From Octopus vulgaris (lineage: Eukaryota), in assembly GCA_951406725.2 (NCBI GenBank), contig OX597831.1:52576001-52640000 (forward strand): a stretch of DNA of 64,000 bases, given 5' to 3'. Of the stretch, positions 1-13,779 are shown piece by piece. Each line of letters opens with the position of its first letter. The stretch's first letter is position 1. The position numbers and the translations under genes are program-made. The notes under the pieces were generated by a model that saw nothing but the letters and a program-made list of their open reading frames with translations, was not told the DNA's origin and did not search any database.

Positions 1-1295
1 GTTAAGCATTCTTCTGTTTCTTCTCTACAACATAAAACTCAGTTAACCTTGCCCCATCCCTTCTCCGCAGTTCATTTATTTACTTATTTTGCTCCTGAAA
101 GTACTTGGGGAGTCAGTTAACCCTACGAGCGCAGATAGTATGACGTCTGAGGAGAAAGAAAACAATAGTGAGCGTTTAGAAAGTAATTAAAACTACCTTT
201 AAACAAAGAACATGAATACATTTGAAAAAACAACTAAGAAACTGAACATAAACACGAGTCGTACATACGTACGCACACACAGAAATACACTCCAACAATA
301 AAATAAACTAAATGATAGCGGATAAAATAAATGCTGGATCGTGGCTTACACTAAAATCGTCTGCTGTCTTCCATTACATTTGACTCGAGAGAACGAGTAT
401 TAAATGGTTATATTGAGATCGTTGGTGACCTTATGTGAACTTGTGACCTAGTCTTATCACCAATATCATACCACCACAGATTCTGCTGCACACCGTGACC
501 TGCCAACATAATGAGATTTGGAAATCTAAGCTATAATTTGGCAGTTTTTCATCTCTCTACAGGCGCCGAAGAGCCTGGCACGGATCAGCTAAACGTGCCG
601 AACTCATCAAGCTCACCTCCTTTCTCTCTCTCTCTCTCTCACTCCCTCTCTCTCCTTCCGTCCTTTTTCTCTTTCTCTCACTTTCTCTCTCTCTTTCTCT
701 CTCTTCTCTCTCTCTCACTTTCCCTCTGTTACTCTTCTTCTCTCTCTCCCTCTTTCTTTCTCTCTCTTCTCTCTCTCTCTCACTTTCTCCCTGTCTCTAT
801 TCCTCCCTTTATCTCTCTCTTCTTTCTCTTTTTTTTCCTTCCTTTTATTTCTTTACTTTCTATAATGGTTCTGCTTCCTCAACCTTTCTTTGCCCCATTC
901 TCCAACCGCTCTCGGAGCATATCTCTTTAAAGACATGTTATAACGATTTCAATCAATCTCGTACATTACTGGTAAATATTTCATCGATCTTCGAGAAATG
1001 AAATGCATGAAATTGAACCAGCTGCGCTGTTCCCGTACCATTCGCATATCGATGTGTATGAATATATGCATTTGCTCACACACACACACACACACATATA
1101 TGGATAGGATGTGTGTATTCAGATAGCTATATGTATGTATGCATGTGCGTATACATACATACATACATACATACATACATACATACATACATACATACAT
1201 ACATACATACATACATACATACATACATACATACTTTTTGGGTCTTTTGCTTATTTCCCTTATATATCTCTTACATCTTTTATCTTCTGCGTGTT

Positions 1296-1463
1296 CCCGT
1301 GATTAGGCTGCTGCCATACTGAAGCACCTTGAAGAATTTTTTTTATCGAATGAGTCGACTGGTACTTACTCTATCGTCTCTTTGCCAAACCGCTAAGTTA
1401 CGGGGACGTAAACACATCAACACTGGCTCTCAAGCGAGGACAATAACAGACACACACTCACAC

Positions 1464-1554
<91 letters not shown>

Positions 1555-1717
1555 CGACGGGCTTCTTTCAGTTTCCGTTAACCAAATTCACTCACGAGGC
1601 TTTGGTCGGCCCTACTCTATAGTATAAAACACTTGCCCAAAGTGCTACGCAGTGGAGCTGAACACAAAACCATTTGGTGGTGAAGCAAATTTCTTACCAC
1701 ACAACCACTCTTGCACT
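1296..1717 (-). mobile_element. tRNA-derived SINE family A with internal (GATA)n
   Basis: Reverse-complement match to the full copy at 58703-59120 (ccgctaagttacggggacgtaaacac, acttgcccaa, cttaccacac). Confidence 0.85.
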
Positions 1718-1735
1718 ATATAAATATATCTATAA

Positions 1736-1794
<59 letters not shown>

Positions 1795-1804
1795 TGTATG
1801 TATG

Positions 1805-1864
<60 letters not shown>

Positions 1865-1867
<3 letters not shown>

Positions 1868-2577
1868 GCATCCTGAAAGGCAGTCTGGGTCAAATGCTTC
1901 TTTTGACTGTCTCCGCACGTATACTCGGCCGATAGTAGAAATAAGGTAAAGGATGAAGAGTCCGAGAAAATAACATTCTTCCACTGCTCTAGGGACCAAT
2001 TCCGTATGTTTTTACTCCACTCTAAACGCTTTGCAACATTTGTTTTTGAAAGTAGTGGTTTTCTGATTGCAGCCCTCCCATGAAATCCAGCTTTGATCAG
2101 CTCCCGGCGAATAGTTTTTTGTGGAAACTGAGTTCTCGAGGTCGTCATTAAGCTCTGCAGTAATTTGGGGAGCCGTTCTTTTCTGATCCTTTCTAACAAT
2201 TCGCGTAAGAGTACGACGGTCCCTATCTGAATGTTTTGGTTTTCTTCAGGAGTTTTGCTTCGATGAGGAGGATTTTCCTTCTTTCTCAAAGGTTGCCATT
2301 ACTTTCGAGACAGTACTTTTTGATACACCAAACATTTTGGCCGTTTTCGTTACGTTAGTGCCTCTTTGAAAGTCCGATAGATCTGTCGTTTTAATGAATT
2401 TAATTACCTTTTTCTGATGATATCTGAAAAGAAACAGCAATTTTAGCATAACATATTATGAAGCACTAATAACAAATCAAAAAACATAAAAATAAACAAG
2501 CTTTTAACGGTTTTATAAATATTCCAAAATTATGATGCTATGATGCTAGGTGTTTCCATTATTTTGTCCAACTCTTG
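1865..2577 (-). mobile_element. Tc1 transposon 5' half with frameshifted transposase pseudogene
   Basis: Peptides DLSDFQRG..VTKTAKMFGVSKSTVSKV (HTH) and [56 protein letters not shown]-like TA|CAAGAGTTGGACAAAATAATGGAAACACC at 2549-2579. Truncated by (TA)n. Confidence 0.9.
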
Positions 2578-2949
2578 TATAAATATATGTTACTCGTTTC
2601 TGGTCATCAGCTGGTAAACCAGGCCTGGTTTTCTTTTGAAATATCCACTGGCTGAATATTTTAAGAAAATGAAATGAAAGTTTGAAGAAAACGCTTATCA
2701 TTATGTTCTTTTGTTTAAAAACCTTTGTGAATCACACATGCAAAAATGGTTGCTTCAAACTCACGCTTTTGCTTTGTTTCTGGTTCGTGTAATATTATTA
2801 TAAACTGCAAGTGAAATCATAAAATTGGGTTGTTTAAGCAATGTTCCCAAAGTAATACTTTTAAGTAATACTCTTAATTAATGTTATTAAAAATAATGAA
2901 TGTGTATGTGGGTATTCATTTTGTATACGCCAATGTAGACGCATATACA

Positions 2950-3044
<95 letters not shown>

Positions 3045-3045
<1 letters not shown>

Positions 3046-3990
3046 TGGGAAATTCTGCCTGCGGGTGTGTTTGTAGAGTTGTTAGCGAACTCCTACATCG
3101 TTGAATCGATTTTGATAAAAATTGGCACGTGAGTAGAACTCCTGTCTGGTAATCTCATGGCATACTCAGATTGTTGAAAAATCGATAGCAGGGTCCCTGG
3201 AAGGGATCCTTATATATAGCCGAGGGAAATATGCCATTCATTTTCCTAAATTATTTGGTAAAAATGAAATTGAGTATGCTTATTTCTTAGTATTTGAACT
3301 GTTAGAGTTATTTTCGCAATTTATCTTGTACAATCCTTAAACAAGTAAATAGTATTTTCCTAAACAATATATCCACTTATTTCGGTTAGTGACTTATTCC
3401 CGAATATACCAACACTTGCGCCCCTGAGGGTAATATTCTCTGGGACGTACAAAAGCCCTTTTCAGAGTTATTTACTTTGACTTGTTATTATCTCATATCT
3501 GATTAACCTGATTAACACGATTTTAGTATACATACCTTATTAGTATTTCCTCCTATGTTCGATATACTCTGGGAGCGCATTAAAGCCCTTTTCTAGGCTA
3601 CTTTATTTGAATTCTTACTATCAGGTAACTGATTTCATGTTATTACATAACTAACTTCACAATTTGGGTATTCATAACTTATTGGGAATTCCTAAAACCA
3701 AGATCCTGTGTAAGACAGTTCGGTATTCTCTGTAAATGCACAAAAATCGTTTTAAGGGCTACATACTTTGTATTGTTGTTATTAGATTAGCGAAACAATT
3801 ATGAGAACGAAACCAAGGGATAAGCCCCGTTTTCCCGGAAATTACAATATTAAATCTCTGAGCGAGAAGTAAGCAGTAGCAGTACGGAATCGTAAGATAT
3901 AATTACCAACTAAATGTGGCGGTCCCATAGAGAACGATGCTAATGTTGTTTTTAGCTCCAGAGAACATCTCCTCTAACTGGCCAACGACA
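3045..3990 (+). mobile_element. Candidate non-autonomous Helitron-like repeat with three degenerate internal repeats
   Basis: 5' block gtgtgtttgt...atcgttgaatcgattttgataaaaattggcac resembles the Helitron 5' ends at 19397 and 63826. Repeated tattctctgg..aaagcccttt motif near 3433, 3563 and 3724. No clear CTAG end. Confidence 0.35.
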
Positions 3991-3992
3991 CA

Positions 3993-4810
3993 CTGTGTGT
4001 GTATTTGTGTGTGTCTATGTGGGTGTGTTGATGTATGTGTGTGTATTTCTGTGTGTTGATGTATGTGTGTGCATGTGTGTATTTGTGTGTGTGTACGCCT
4101 GTGTCTATGTGGGTGTGTTGATGTATGTGTGTGTATATTTGTGCGTGTACGTGTGTGTATTTGCGAGTTTGTGTATACGCGTGTGTGTATGTGGGTGTGT
4201 TGATGTATGTGTGTATATTTCTGTGTGTTGATGTATGTGTGTGCATGTGTGTATTTGTGTGTGTGTACGCCTGTGTCTATGTGGGTGTGTTGATGTATGT
4301 GTGTGTATATTTGTGCGTGTACGTGTGTGTATTTGCGAGTTTGTGTATACGCGTGTGTGTATGTGGGTGTGTTGATGTATGTGTGTATATTTCTGTGTGT
4401 TGATGTGTGTGTGTGCATGTGTGTATTTGTGTGTGTGTACGCCTGTGTCTATGTGGGTGTGTTGATGTATGTGTGTGTATATTTGTGCGTGTACGTGTGT
4501 GTATTTGCGAGTTTGTGTATACGCGTGTGTGTATGTGGGTGTGTTGATGTATGTGTGTATATTTCTGTGTGTTGATGTGTGTGTGTGCATGTGTGTATTT
4601 GTGTGTGTATACGCGTGTGTCTATGTGGGTGTGTTGATGTATGTGTGTGTATATTTGTGCGTGTACGTGTGTGTATTTGCGAGTTTGTGTATACGCGTGT
4701 GTGTATGTGGGTGTGTTGATGTATGTGTGTGTGTATTTGTGCGTGTGTACGCGTCTGTGTATGTGGATGTGTTGATGTATGTGTGTGCGTATTTGTGTGT
4801 GTTGATATTT
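3993..4810. repeat. 172-bp higher-order GT-rich tandem repeat, about 4.5 units
   Basis: Near-identical units recur every 172 bp, e.g. tttgcgagtttgtgtatacgcg near 4160, 4332, 4504 and 4676. Confidence 0.9.
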
Positions 4811-4837
4811 GTGCGTGTGTTTACATGTGAGTGTGTG

Positions 4838-4870
<33 letters not shown>

Positions 4871-5424
4871 TGTGCGCGCGAGCGCGTGTGTGTATTTGTT
4901 TGTGTTTGTCCCCATTTCACTGCTTGGCAACCAGTGTTGGTGTGTTTTCGTCGTTCCCATAACTTAATAGGCCGGCACAACAAACAACACTTAAAAATAA
5001 GTGCTGGTGTAGATCTGCTCGACTAAACCCATCAAGGCAGTGGCCCAGTGTGGCCGCAATCCAATGACTGAAGCAAGTAAAAGATAAAAAGTAAACGATC
5101 TTGCGGTTGTACTTTGTAGTTCTGGAAATATAATTTGCATCTCACAATCCTATATTGCAATTCCAAAAATATCATTTCTATTTTGTAGTCCCCTACATTA
5201 TAATTTCAAATATATATGCTATGTCTCTTAGTCCTTTTCTCTATAATACCAAATAAAAATATCACTGGCAACTTGTAGTTCTCTGTATGTAATTAAATAT
5301 AATTATAATTATAAATATAATTTACATGTTGTAGTTCTTTAATATGGTTCGACGATTTCTAAAAAGAACGAAATGGCATTACATATGTGATTACCTTTAT
5401 GATCTTTGTAATATCTTTCTTTTT

Positions 5425-5635
5425 TTCTTGTACTTGTTTCAGTCATTAGACTGTGGCCATGCTGGGGCACCGCCTTATAGAATTTTAGCCGAAAGAAATC
5501 GACCCCAGCACTTACTTTTTTTTTAACCTGTTACTTATTCTATCGGTCACTTTTGCCGTACTGGTTGATTACGCGAACGTAAACACACCGACACCGATTG
5601 TCAAGAGGTGGCTGGTGCCAAACAGACACTCACAC

Positions 5636-5731
<96 letters not shown>

Positions 5732-6110
5732 ATATTAGGAACTGTTGCTCCTAACAAAGAAAGCTGAAACGAAGACGGTACAGATTTTCCAAATACGAGA
5801 ATAAAAAGACGATAAGAATTTGCAAATACGGCCGCAAGTCATTTTAATCTTTATACTGCATGCAAATAACAGTATTTGTATATAGAGAGATAAAGGCAGT
5901 TTCTGTGCGTTCGTATTCATACACTTAAGAGGTGGTTATGTTTGACTGTTGCTTCACTTGACTCGCAGCGGGAAGAAAATACGTCTAATCACTTTGGTTG
6001 CGCTAACAAAAAGCTATAGATTTAACTCTCCTACAATGCAACACCACGACGTGCGCCATCCAGTGGCCAATGGATGGGACAACTGCTTTCAAGGGAGGTA
6101 ACTGTCTATA

Positions 6111-6151
<41 letters not shown>

Positions 6152-6322
6152 AACACACAACGGGCTTCTTTTTCCGTTTCCGTCTGTCAAATCCATTCAT
6201 AAGCTTTGGTCAGTCCGAGGCTATAGTGGAAAAATCTTATCCAAGGTACCACGCAGTGGAACTGAACCTGCAATTATATGGTTGTAAAGTAAACTTCTTA
6301 CGATACAGCCACTCCTGCACCT
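5425..6322 (-). mobile_element. SINE family A split by a ~370-bp insert (5735-6108) inside its internal (TA)n
   Basis: SINE 3' half at 5425-5635 and 5' half at 6150-6322, with a non-SINE block flanked by TA runs between them. Confidence 0.7.
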
Positions 6323-6628
6323 ATGTATAAGCAAAAAAATAATAATAAATACGTATGTTCTACGCATCTTTGCTGCTCCACGGTTTTAACTTTCAAAATT
6401 CTAATCCCGCCAAATATTAGGTAGAAATGATTTTCTCCCTTACTGGCCACCAAGAAACACCATGTTTACAATTTAGATGTTCAGGTTCATAATGACTGTC
6501 CAAGAGTATTATTCACATATGTTATTTACATTAAATATTCTAAAAATGTAATTTACAATTTGCTCTTCATTAACAATTTCTAAATTGTAGTTTACCTCAT
6601 TGTTTTTCATTATGTTTTTTCATTCCAG

Positions 6629-6742
6629 TTAATATGTCAACACGTCTCACTCATGTTTTCGCACAAGACCTTTCGACTTTTGATTCCATTATTGGTTTTT
6701 ACGGGATTACAGCAAGGTTTCATTTACGCCGATTTCAACAGG
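6629..6742 (+). CDS. UNC93A: UNC-93-like MFS membrane protein, internal exon (upstream exons lie outside the window)
   Basis: Acceptor ttttttcattccag ends 6628, donor gtaagt at 6743. Translates LICQHVSLMFSHKTFRLLIPLLVFTGLQQGFIYADFNR, resembling the UNC93 'LLIPL..YSG.EQ.F..GD(F/Y)T' segment. Ends in phase 0. Confidence 0.9.
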
Positions 6743-6818
6743 GTAAGTAATTTTAGATACCGCTTTTTTCTCATTTACCCCACCATCACCATAATCACAC
6801 ACCACACACACAAACACA

Positions 6819-6877
<59 letters not shown>

Positions 6878-7326
6878 TCACACCAGTCTAAGCACTACAC
6901 GCCAAACTTGCATTAATTCCATGAATGGAGGCTTTGAGACAACCCTCCACCCCAATGAGGCTATGTCAACCGTGTTTCTTTAAACACCAAAGGGTCATTA
7001 CCTCAGAGGTCCAAATTCCGCCGGTATCCACTTTGTCTGCCATGTTCCCGGGATAGATCGTTAGATGTACTTTGTCAGCAAAACACTTCCCTCAGCAGTG
7101 GAGTAGCTATAGATAGAGTGTACTACTCGCAGTAGACCATGAGCTTCCCACTTCCCAGTACTGGTCCTACAAGCCTATTCAAGCTTGTAACGGGAACTAA
7201 CATAACTTCACTGCACTTTTAAGGTGCAGTTGGTGCATACAAATTACCGTTGCTTTAATATCCAGATTCTACCAGTCAGAAACAACAAGACGCAAACGTA
7301 AAAAATATATATCTACTTTATTCTCT

Positions 7327-7823
7327 TATGACAGTAACAAATAAGTGGTATATCTGGTTCCGCTTGGTATGGATGTGTCAGAGCTGAACTTTAACGCTTG
7401 TAGATTTTACAAGTGCAACAGCAAAACTGAACTGGTCAAAATGGCGTCCGGAGGGAGAAGATGTGTGGTCTGCAACAAATCCTGGTTAAAAGTCTTCTGC
7501 CGACTGCTGTTATACCAAATCCGGACAGAGAGAGAATTACACGTCTAGTGCCTTCAGTCGCCGTGTCTCAAGTCAGCCCACTGCTGCTATGTCTCTCCGG
7601 ACCCTTTTAAGGTTCACGCTCCCTTGCCTCGGCTAACTGCCACGTCAGCAAAATTCCCTCTTCCGGACTTCGCGTATGCGCGAGAGGGCGCTGCGCGCGC
7701 GCGCTGCCGGACAGCGTCACTACAAGCTTATACAGCTAACCCCGCTAGATAGACCTAGCTTCGCTACTGTCCCTGAGGTATTTGGCTTCAGCACTTTCGC
7801 TGACATTCATAATGAGTGTCACA
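7327..7823. mobile_element. CpG/GC-rich block, candidate solo LTR
   Basis: Ends tatgac...gtcaca (TG..CA-like, one mismatch). GC-rich core gagggcgctgcgcgcgcgcgctgccgg in an AT-rich context. No TSD found. Confidence 0.35.
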
Positions 7824-7867
7824 ACTTGCCCTCAATTTTTAGATAGATAGATAGATAGATAGATAAC

Positions 7868-8016
<149 letters not shown>

Positions 8017-8249
8017 TGTTTGATTGATTGATCGCTCGTAATCTTGTCAACTGAGGAGGGTCTAATAATAGCGAAACATGTCCATTACTTTCACTGCTTG
8101 ATGTTATTTTAGAGGTCAGATCTACACTAATACTGTAATTTTGATCAGTTTATCTCCTCGGAATTATCTCCGTTATTTAATTATAAGACTTTAAACAACC
8201 TTCATGAGAGTCTTTCAACTCACTATATTGCAACAATAAGAGCCTATAA

Positions 8250-8521
8250 TATGAGACGCTGCAAAATGAGACCCTATACTATGAGGCTCTACACAATGAA
8301 ACCCTACTTGATGAGACCCTATACTATGAGACCCTATACTATAACACCCTATACTATAACACCCTAAACTATGAGACCCTATACTATATGACTCTATACT
8401 ATGAGACCCTATACTATGAGACTATATTATAAGATCCTATACTATAAGACCCTATACTATAAGACCCTATACTATGAGACCCTGTACTATGAGACCCTAT
8501 ACTATGAGACCCTACACTATG
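8250..8521. repeat. 15-bp minisatellite (ATGAGACCCTATACT)n
   Basis: About 18 tandem copies, decaying at the left edge. Confidence 0.95.
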
Positions 8522-8594
8522 CAGAACGTTCCCCTGGAGTTATTTTCTCTCACCTATCTTATCATTAGCGTCACTACATAACCCTCTGTCTGTT

Positions 8595-8657
<63 letters not shown>

Positions 8658-9264
8658 GCGGGCGCGCGGCACGTACACATATGTGTATGTGTATTTGTGT
8701 ATGTGTGTACACGCTTTTACTTACTGCGACACCGCCTTGAATTGGTTTTCTTAATCGATCAAATTTAATACCAGTACTTATTCTTTTAAAGTCTAGTACC
8801 TATTCTATCAGTTGGTTTAAGCCAAGCTGCTAAGTTACAGAGTCGCAGACAAATCAACATCGTTTGTCAAGTGGTGTGTGTGAAAAAAAATACATACATA
8901 GGCACAACTGATTTTGATGTGTTTACGTCGGTTAAAGAATAAGTTCTGGAGTCACTTTGTTCGACTAAAATCCTTCTGGGCGGTGCTCAAGCATGGCCAC
9001 AGTTAATGACTGAAACAAGTAAAAGAATAAAAGAATAGACACGCATAGACATACACAACCGCCTTTCAGACGGTTTCTGTCTACCAAGTTCATCTAAAAG
9101 GCATTGGTCGGTCGGTGCCATAGTGTCTGTGTGTGTTGATCATTCTTTGTCTTGCCAACTGTGGAATAGTCTTTCATCGAAAAAGTTTATTAATACGAAA
9201 GCATGTCCGTTGATTTCACACATAGACTTTAAAATATTCCACTTCAACTTACATTGTCTATATT

Positions 9265-9478
9265 GATTTCAAATTTTGGCACAAGGCCAGCAATTTTGGG
9301 GCAGGGGATAAGACGATTACATAGACCCCAGTGATCAACCGGAATTTATTTTATTGACCCTAAAAGACAAAAGGCAAAGTTGACCGCGACCGAATTTGAA
9401 CTCACAACGTAAAGACGGGCGAAATGCTGCTAAACATTTTTCCCGGCGTGCTAATGGTTCGCCCAACTCGCTGCCTTT
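9265..9478 (-). mobile_element. SINE family B (Meta-domain-like core gtcgactttgcctttcatcctttcggggtcgataaa)
   Basis: Matches other family B copies in the window. The Meta-SINE label is from recall of the core sequence. Confidence 0.8.
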
Positions 9479-10224
9479 CCTACATTACATATATTGTCAA
9501 CCAATTTGCGATCAACATGGAAGTTATCTCTCTAACGTGATGAGCTCCTTTTTTTTTTTCAGGTTTTAAACATACCCCTCCAGGAAGATTTTGTCAACTA
9601 ATTGCTTAGATAATCTCAGTTAATGGGAATGCTTTATTTGTTTTGTTTTTTGTTTTGTTTTTGTTTTGGGTCTGTTTGTTTTTGTTAGTTTGGTTTGGTT
9701 TTGTTTTTTGTTTTTGTTTTTGTTTGTTTGTTTTTTTGTTTTGTTTTTTTTTTCAACTCGCTATATTACATATGTGAAACCTCACCATAAAACAATAAGT
9801 CCCAGTCAAGTACTAAGAGTCATTATAATTAACTATTCCCATTCCCTCAAGATTTGTGGCCTCGTGCCTAAGATAGAAATCGATATGTCTCGGCTTTATG
9901 GAACCACTTTCGACTTGGGTGCGACGGGAAATCGGATTTAACAATTAGCAAGAAAATGGCGCCCGCATCAAACGTATTTAAAATGATTTACATTATTAGT
10001 GGAAATCGTCCGTTTTTGTTGTTGTTTTTGTATTCTTTGTTTCTTCTTTATTTTTTGTATTTTACTTTTTATTTATTTTTGTTGTGTTTAGGTTTGTTTT
10101 TACATGTTTGATTTTGTTCTAATTTTAATATTCTGTAGAGTATGTGTTGTTCTTCTTTTTCTTCTTCCTTGGTTTGTTGTTTAACCCAAAGTCTGCAAAT
10201 AAGCGAACAGAGCTACAATCTTTT

Positions 10225-10656
10225 CTTTTCTACACTAGGCAGAAGGCCCGACATTTTTGGAGAGGGGGGGTCAGTCGATTAGATCGATCCCAGTACGCAA
10301 CTGGTACTTAATTTATCGACCCTGAAAGGATGAAAGGCAAAGTCGACCTCGGTGGAATTTGAACTCAGAATGCAATGACACACGAAATACCGCTAAGCAT
10401 TTCGCCCGGCGTACTAAAGTTTCTTATTTCTTTACTGCCCAAAGAGGGCTAAACACAGAGAGGACAAACAAGGACAGACAAAGAGATTAAGTCGATTACA
10501 TCGACCCCAGTGCGTAACTGGTACTAAATTTATCGACCCCGAAAGGATGAAAGGCAAAGTCGACCTCGGCGGAATTTGAACTCAGAACATACCAGCAGAC
10601 GAAATACTGCTAAGCATTTCGCCCAGCATGCTAACGTTTCTGCCAGCTCGCCACCT
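10225..10656 (-). mobile_element. SINE family B, nested/tandem pair
   Basis: Two copies of gaaaggatgaaaggcaaagtcgacctcgg.ggaatttgaactcagaa. Confidence 0.85.
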
Positions 10657-10761
10657 CAGAACAGAGCTATAATCGAAAGCGTTCCGGCTATGACTATCCC
10701 GTTTTTTTGGGGTTTTTTTTTTTTTTTGTAATGAATGTGTGATCAAGAAGGCCACTTGGGT

Positions 10762-11061
10762 AAAGAGTAAAGAACCCCTTCAGTCATGAATGGCCATGAG
10801 ATTGCATCTAGAAAGTTACCCTCCGAAGTCCGGGCAAGGTTGTTTATGGAAGACCAGCAGTGACCCAATGTTATCCACCAATGTTATCCAGGGGAAAGGC
10901 AAAGGCCGATACAGCTTGGCACCAGCGACGGCGCGACTCATTTCTAAATGAGTGAACTGGAACAACGTGAAATATAGTGTCTTGCTCCCGGTCAGGAATC
11001 GAACTCACTACCTCATGATAGTGAACCCGACGTTCTAAACCACTGAGCCATGCGTCTTCAC
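10762..11061 (-). mobile_element. tRNA-headed SINE family C
   Basis: Minus-strand head has A box tggctcagtgg and B box gagttcgattcc, followed by a ctttactcttta-type tail. Confidence 0.75.
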
Positions 11062-11072
11062 CATACACACAA

Positions 11073-11130
<58 letters not shown>

Positions 11131-11349
11131 ACACACATGTATGTGTGTATGAGTGTGTCTGTGTTTGTTCCGCTACCGCAGCTTGATAACTGGCGTTGGT
11201 TTGTTTACATCTCCATAACTTAGCCGATCGTCAAAAAGTGATCAATAGAATAAGTAACTTACTTAGAAAATAAGCGCTGGGTGGGGTGATGGTATAGACT
11301 GACTTCCTTTCCTAAAAATTACCATTCTTGTGCTCAAGTTAGAAATCGA

Positions 11350-12280
11350 AGGCAGCCGACCGGCAGAATGATGGCGTTAGGAAAAATTGCTTAGAAGTAT
11401 TTCTTCTGGTTCTTTATATTGTGTTCAGATCCCACTATGGTCAACTTTGCCTTTCAGTCTTTCGGTGAAATAAAGTACCAGTCACGTATTAGTATGTCGA
11501 TCTAGCCCCTTCCCTCAAAATTGCTGCCTTTGTGCTTAAATTTGAAATCATTATTATCCAATATGCCAAGGCAGCGAGATGTCAGAATCGTTAGCACGCC
11601 GGGGAAAATGCTTAGCGGTATTTCGTTTGCCTTTACGTTCCGAGTTCAAATACCGCCGAGGTCGACTTCACCTTTCATCTTTTCGAGGTCGATTAAACAA
11701 GTACCAGTTAAGTACTGGGGTCAATGTAATCGACTTACTTACTAATCCCCAGAAATTTCTGGCCTTGTGCCAAAATTTGAAATCATTATTATCCAATATG
11801 CTAGAGATGATTGCCAAAATCGTTAGAGCGTTGGACAAAATATCTCGCGGTGTTAGTTTTGGGTCTTTACGTTTTGAGTTCAAATCTCGTTAATGTCAGC
11901 TTCTCCTTTCGCTCTTCTGAGCTTGATATAAAATAACGTATCAGTTAATTAAATACTAAGATTCGATTTATTTAACCTCTGCCAGAAACTATTGTCCTTT
12001 CGAAGACAATTAGGTGTAATTTGACGGAGCTTTAGTTGTTGTTTCTAGCAGGTCAAACAATCAGGTAGAGGTTCTCTCATTAGTAGATAAGGGTGTAAGC
12101 TGGCAGGGTCGGTAGAGCGACAGTCAGTATGCCTTGTGGTATTTAATGACGTTTTTCAACGTTCTGAGTTGAAATCCCACTTTGCCTTTCATCCTTATGC
12201 TATCGGTAAAATAAAGTAATCGATGTAATCGATTACATTCTTCCCGCCCAATTTGTAGCCTTGTGTCTATGTCACAAATC
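11350..12280 (+). mobile_element. Cluster of about four degenerate SINE family B copies
   Basis: Repeated ggcagaatcgttag...gagttcaaat...ctttcatc blocks. Confidence 0.75.
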
Positions 12281-12717
12281 AATATTGCGCTTGCGCGCCT
12301 ATTTGGTCAAAATGTGTGCGTGGCTGTGTTTATGATGCGTGTGTGTGTATGCGTACGCATCTGATTAGGCGCTTCTGAGCTTAAGTGTATGTATAGTTGT
12401 GTGCTTGCGTTCGAATGCAGGCCTCTGTGTGTGCGTTTGCGCGTATGCCTGTGTGTGTGCGTGTGTTGAAGCTATTCTGTATATGAGTGTTTGTGTGTGT
12501 ATGTACGTCTGTGGGCACGTGCGTGTACGCGCGCGCTCGTGTATGTGCGCAATTGTGTGCGCATCTGTGCGCGCGTGTATGGTTGTTACGAGTGAGCTTG
12601 GGATTTTGCTATAGTGGGGTTTTTTTTCGTTTTTCTGGTGTATAGTTAGTTAATAGTGGAAGCAGGAGGAGACGGATGTAAGGAATTAAATTTTTTTTTA
12701 AATAGAATTAAACTGAA

Positions 12718-13069
<352 letters not shown>

Positions 13070-13779
13070 GCAACTAAATACATAAACTGACAAAAGTGTT
13101 TGTTAGATTTTTTTTGTCTTTATTTTTTTTGTTGTACTTTTTTTTCTCTCTTCAAATCGCGCGGAAAAAACAGTGAAAAATTAATTTCTTAACGAGGAAA
13201 GCTTTTACACATTCATTAATCCCTCAATGAAAGAAAAACAAAAAAAAACAAACAAAAAAACAAAGCAAAACTAAAAGCCGTTGTCTAGAATCCTTACATC
13301 ACAGTGTACGGCGACAGTTATAGTCGTTGTATACTCCTGCCGTTCCCCTCCACAGCCACCATCAACAACAACAGCACTACCATCACCACCATCACCTCTA
13401 TCACTATCATCATTTACCATCAATTCTAACCACTGCTTCATGTTTTTTTAACCGTTGTTCAACCATCAAAACGTTAGATGCCTCCACTTCCATCCCGTTT
13501 TTTTGCTCGCTCGCTCGCCCGACGTTTTGATTGGTTAGTTGGCTGGTTGGTTGATTTGTCGCTTGGATGTTCGCCTTGAAGATTTTGTTCTGGAATATCT
13601 CAAAGTACTATTATTACTGAAGTTATGAAGTATAAAATTTCTTGTTATTACTATTTCGCTAATGATTAATACTTTTACTCTTTTCCTCGTTCTAATGATT
13701 AATGATTACACTTCAGTCATTATTCTTTTGCCTTTTAATCGGTTACCGCCGTCAAGCGTCAAGCAGTAACATTGTTTTG

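Noticed and set aside
540-620. Acceptor-like tttttcatctctctacag at 562 as a possible upstream UNC93 exon
   Set aside because: No donor before the CT repeat and no UNC93-like peptide in any frame.
8250-8521. Regular short repeats as a CRISPR-like array
   Set aside because: Head-to-tail 15-mers with no spacers, in a eukaryotic context.
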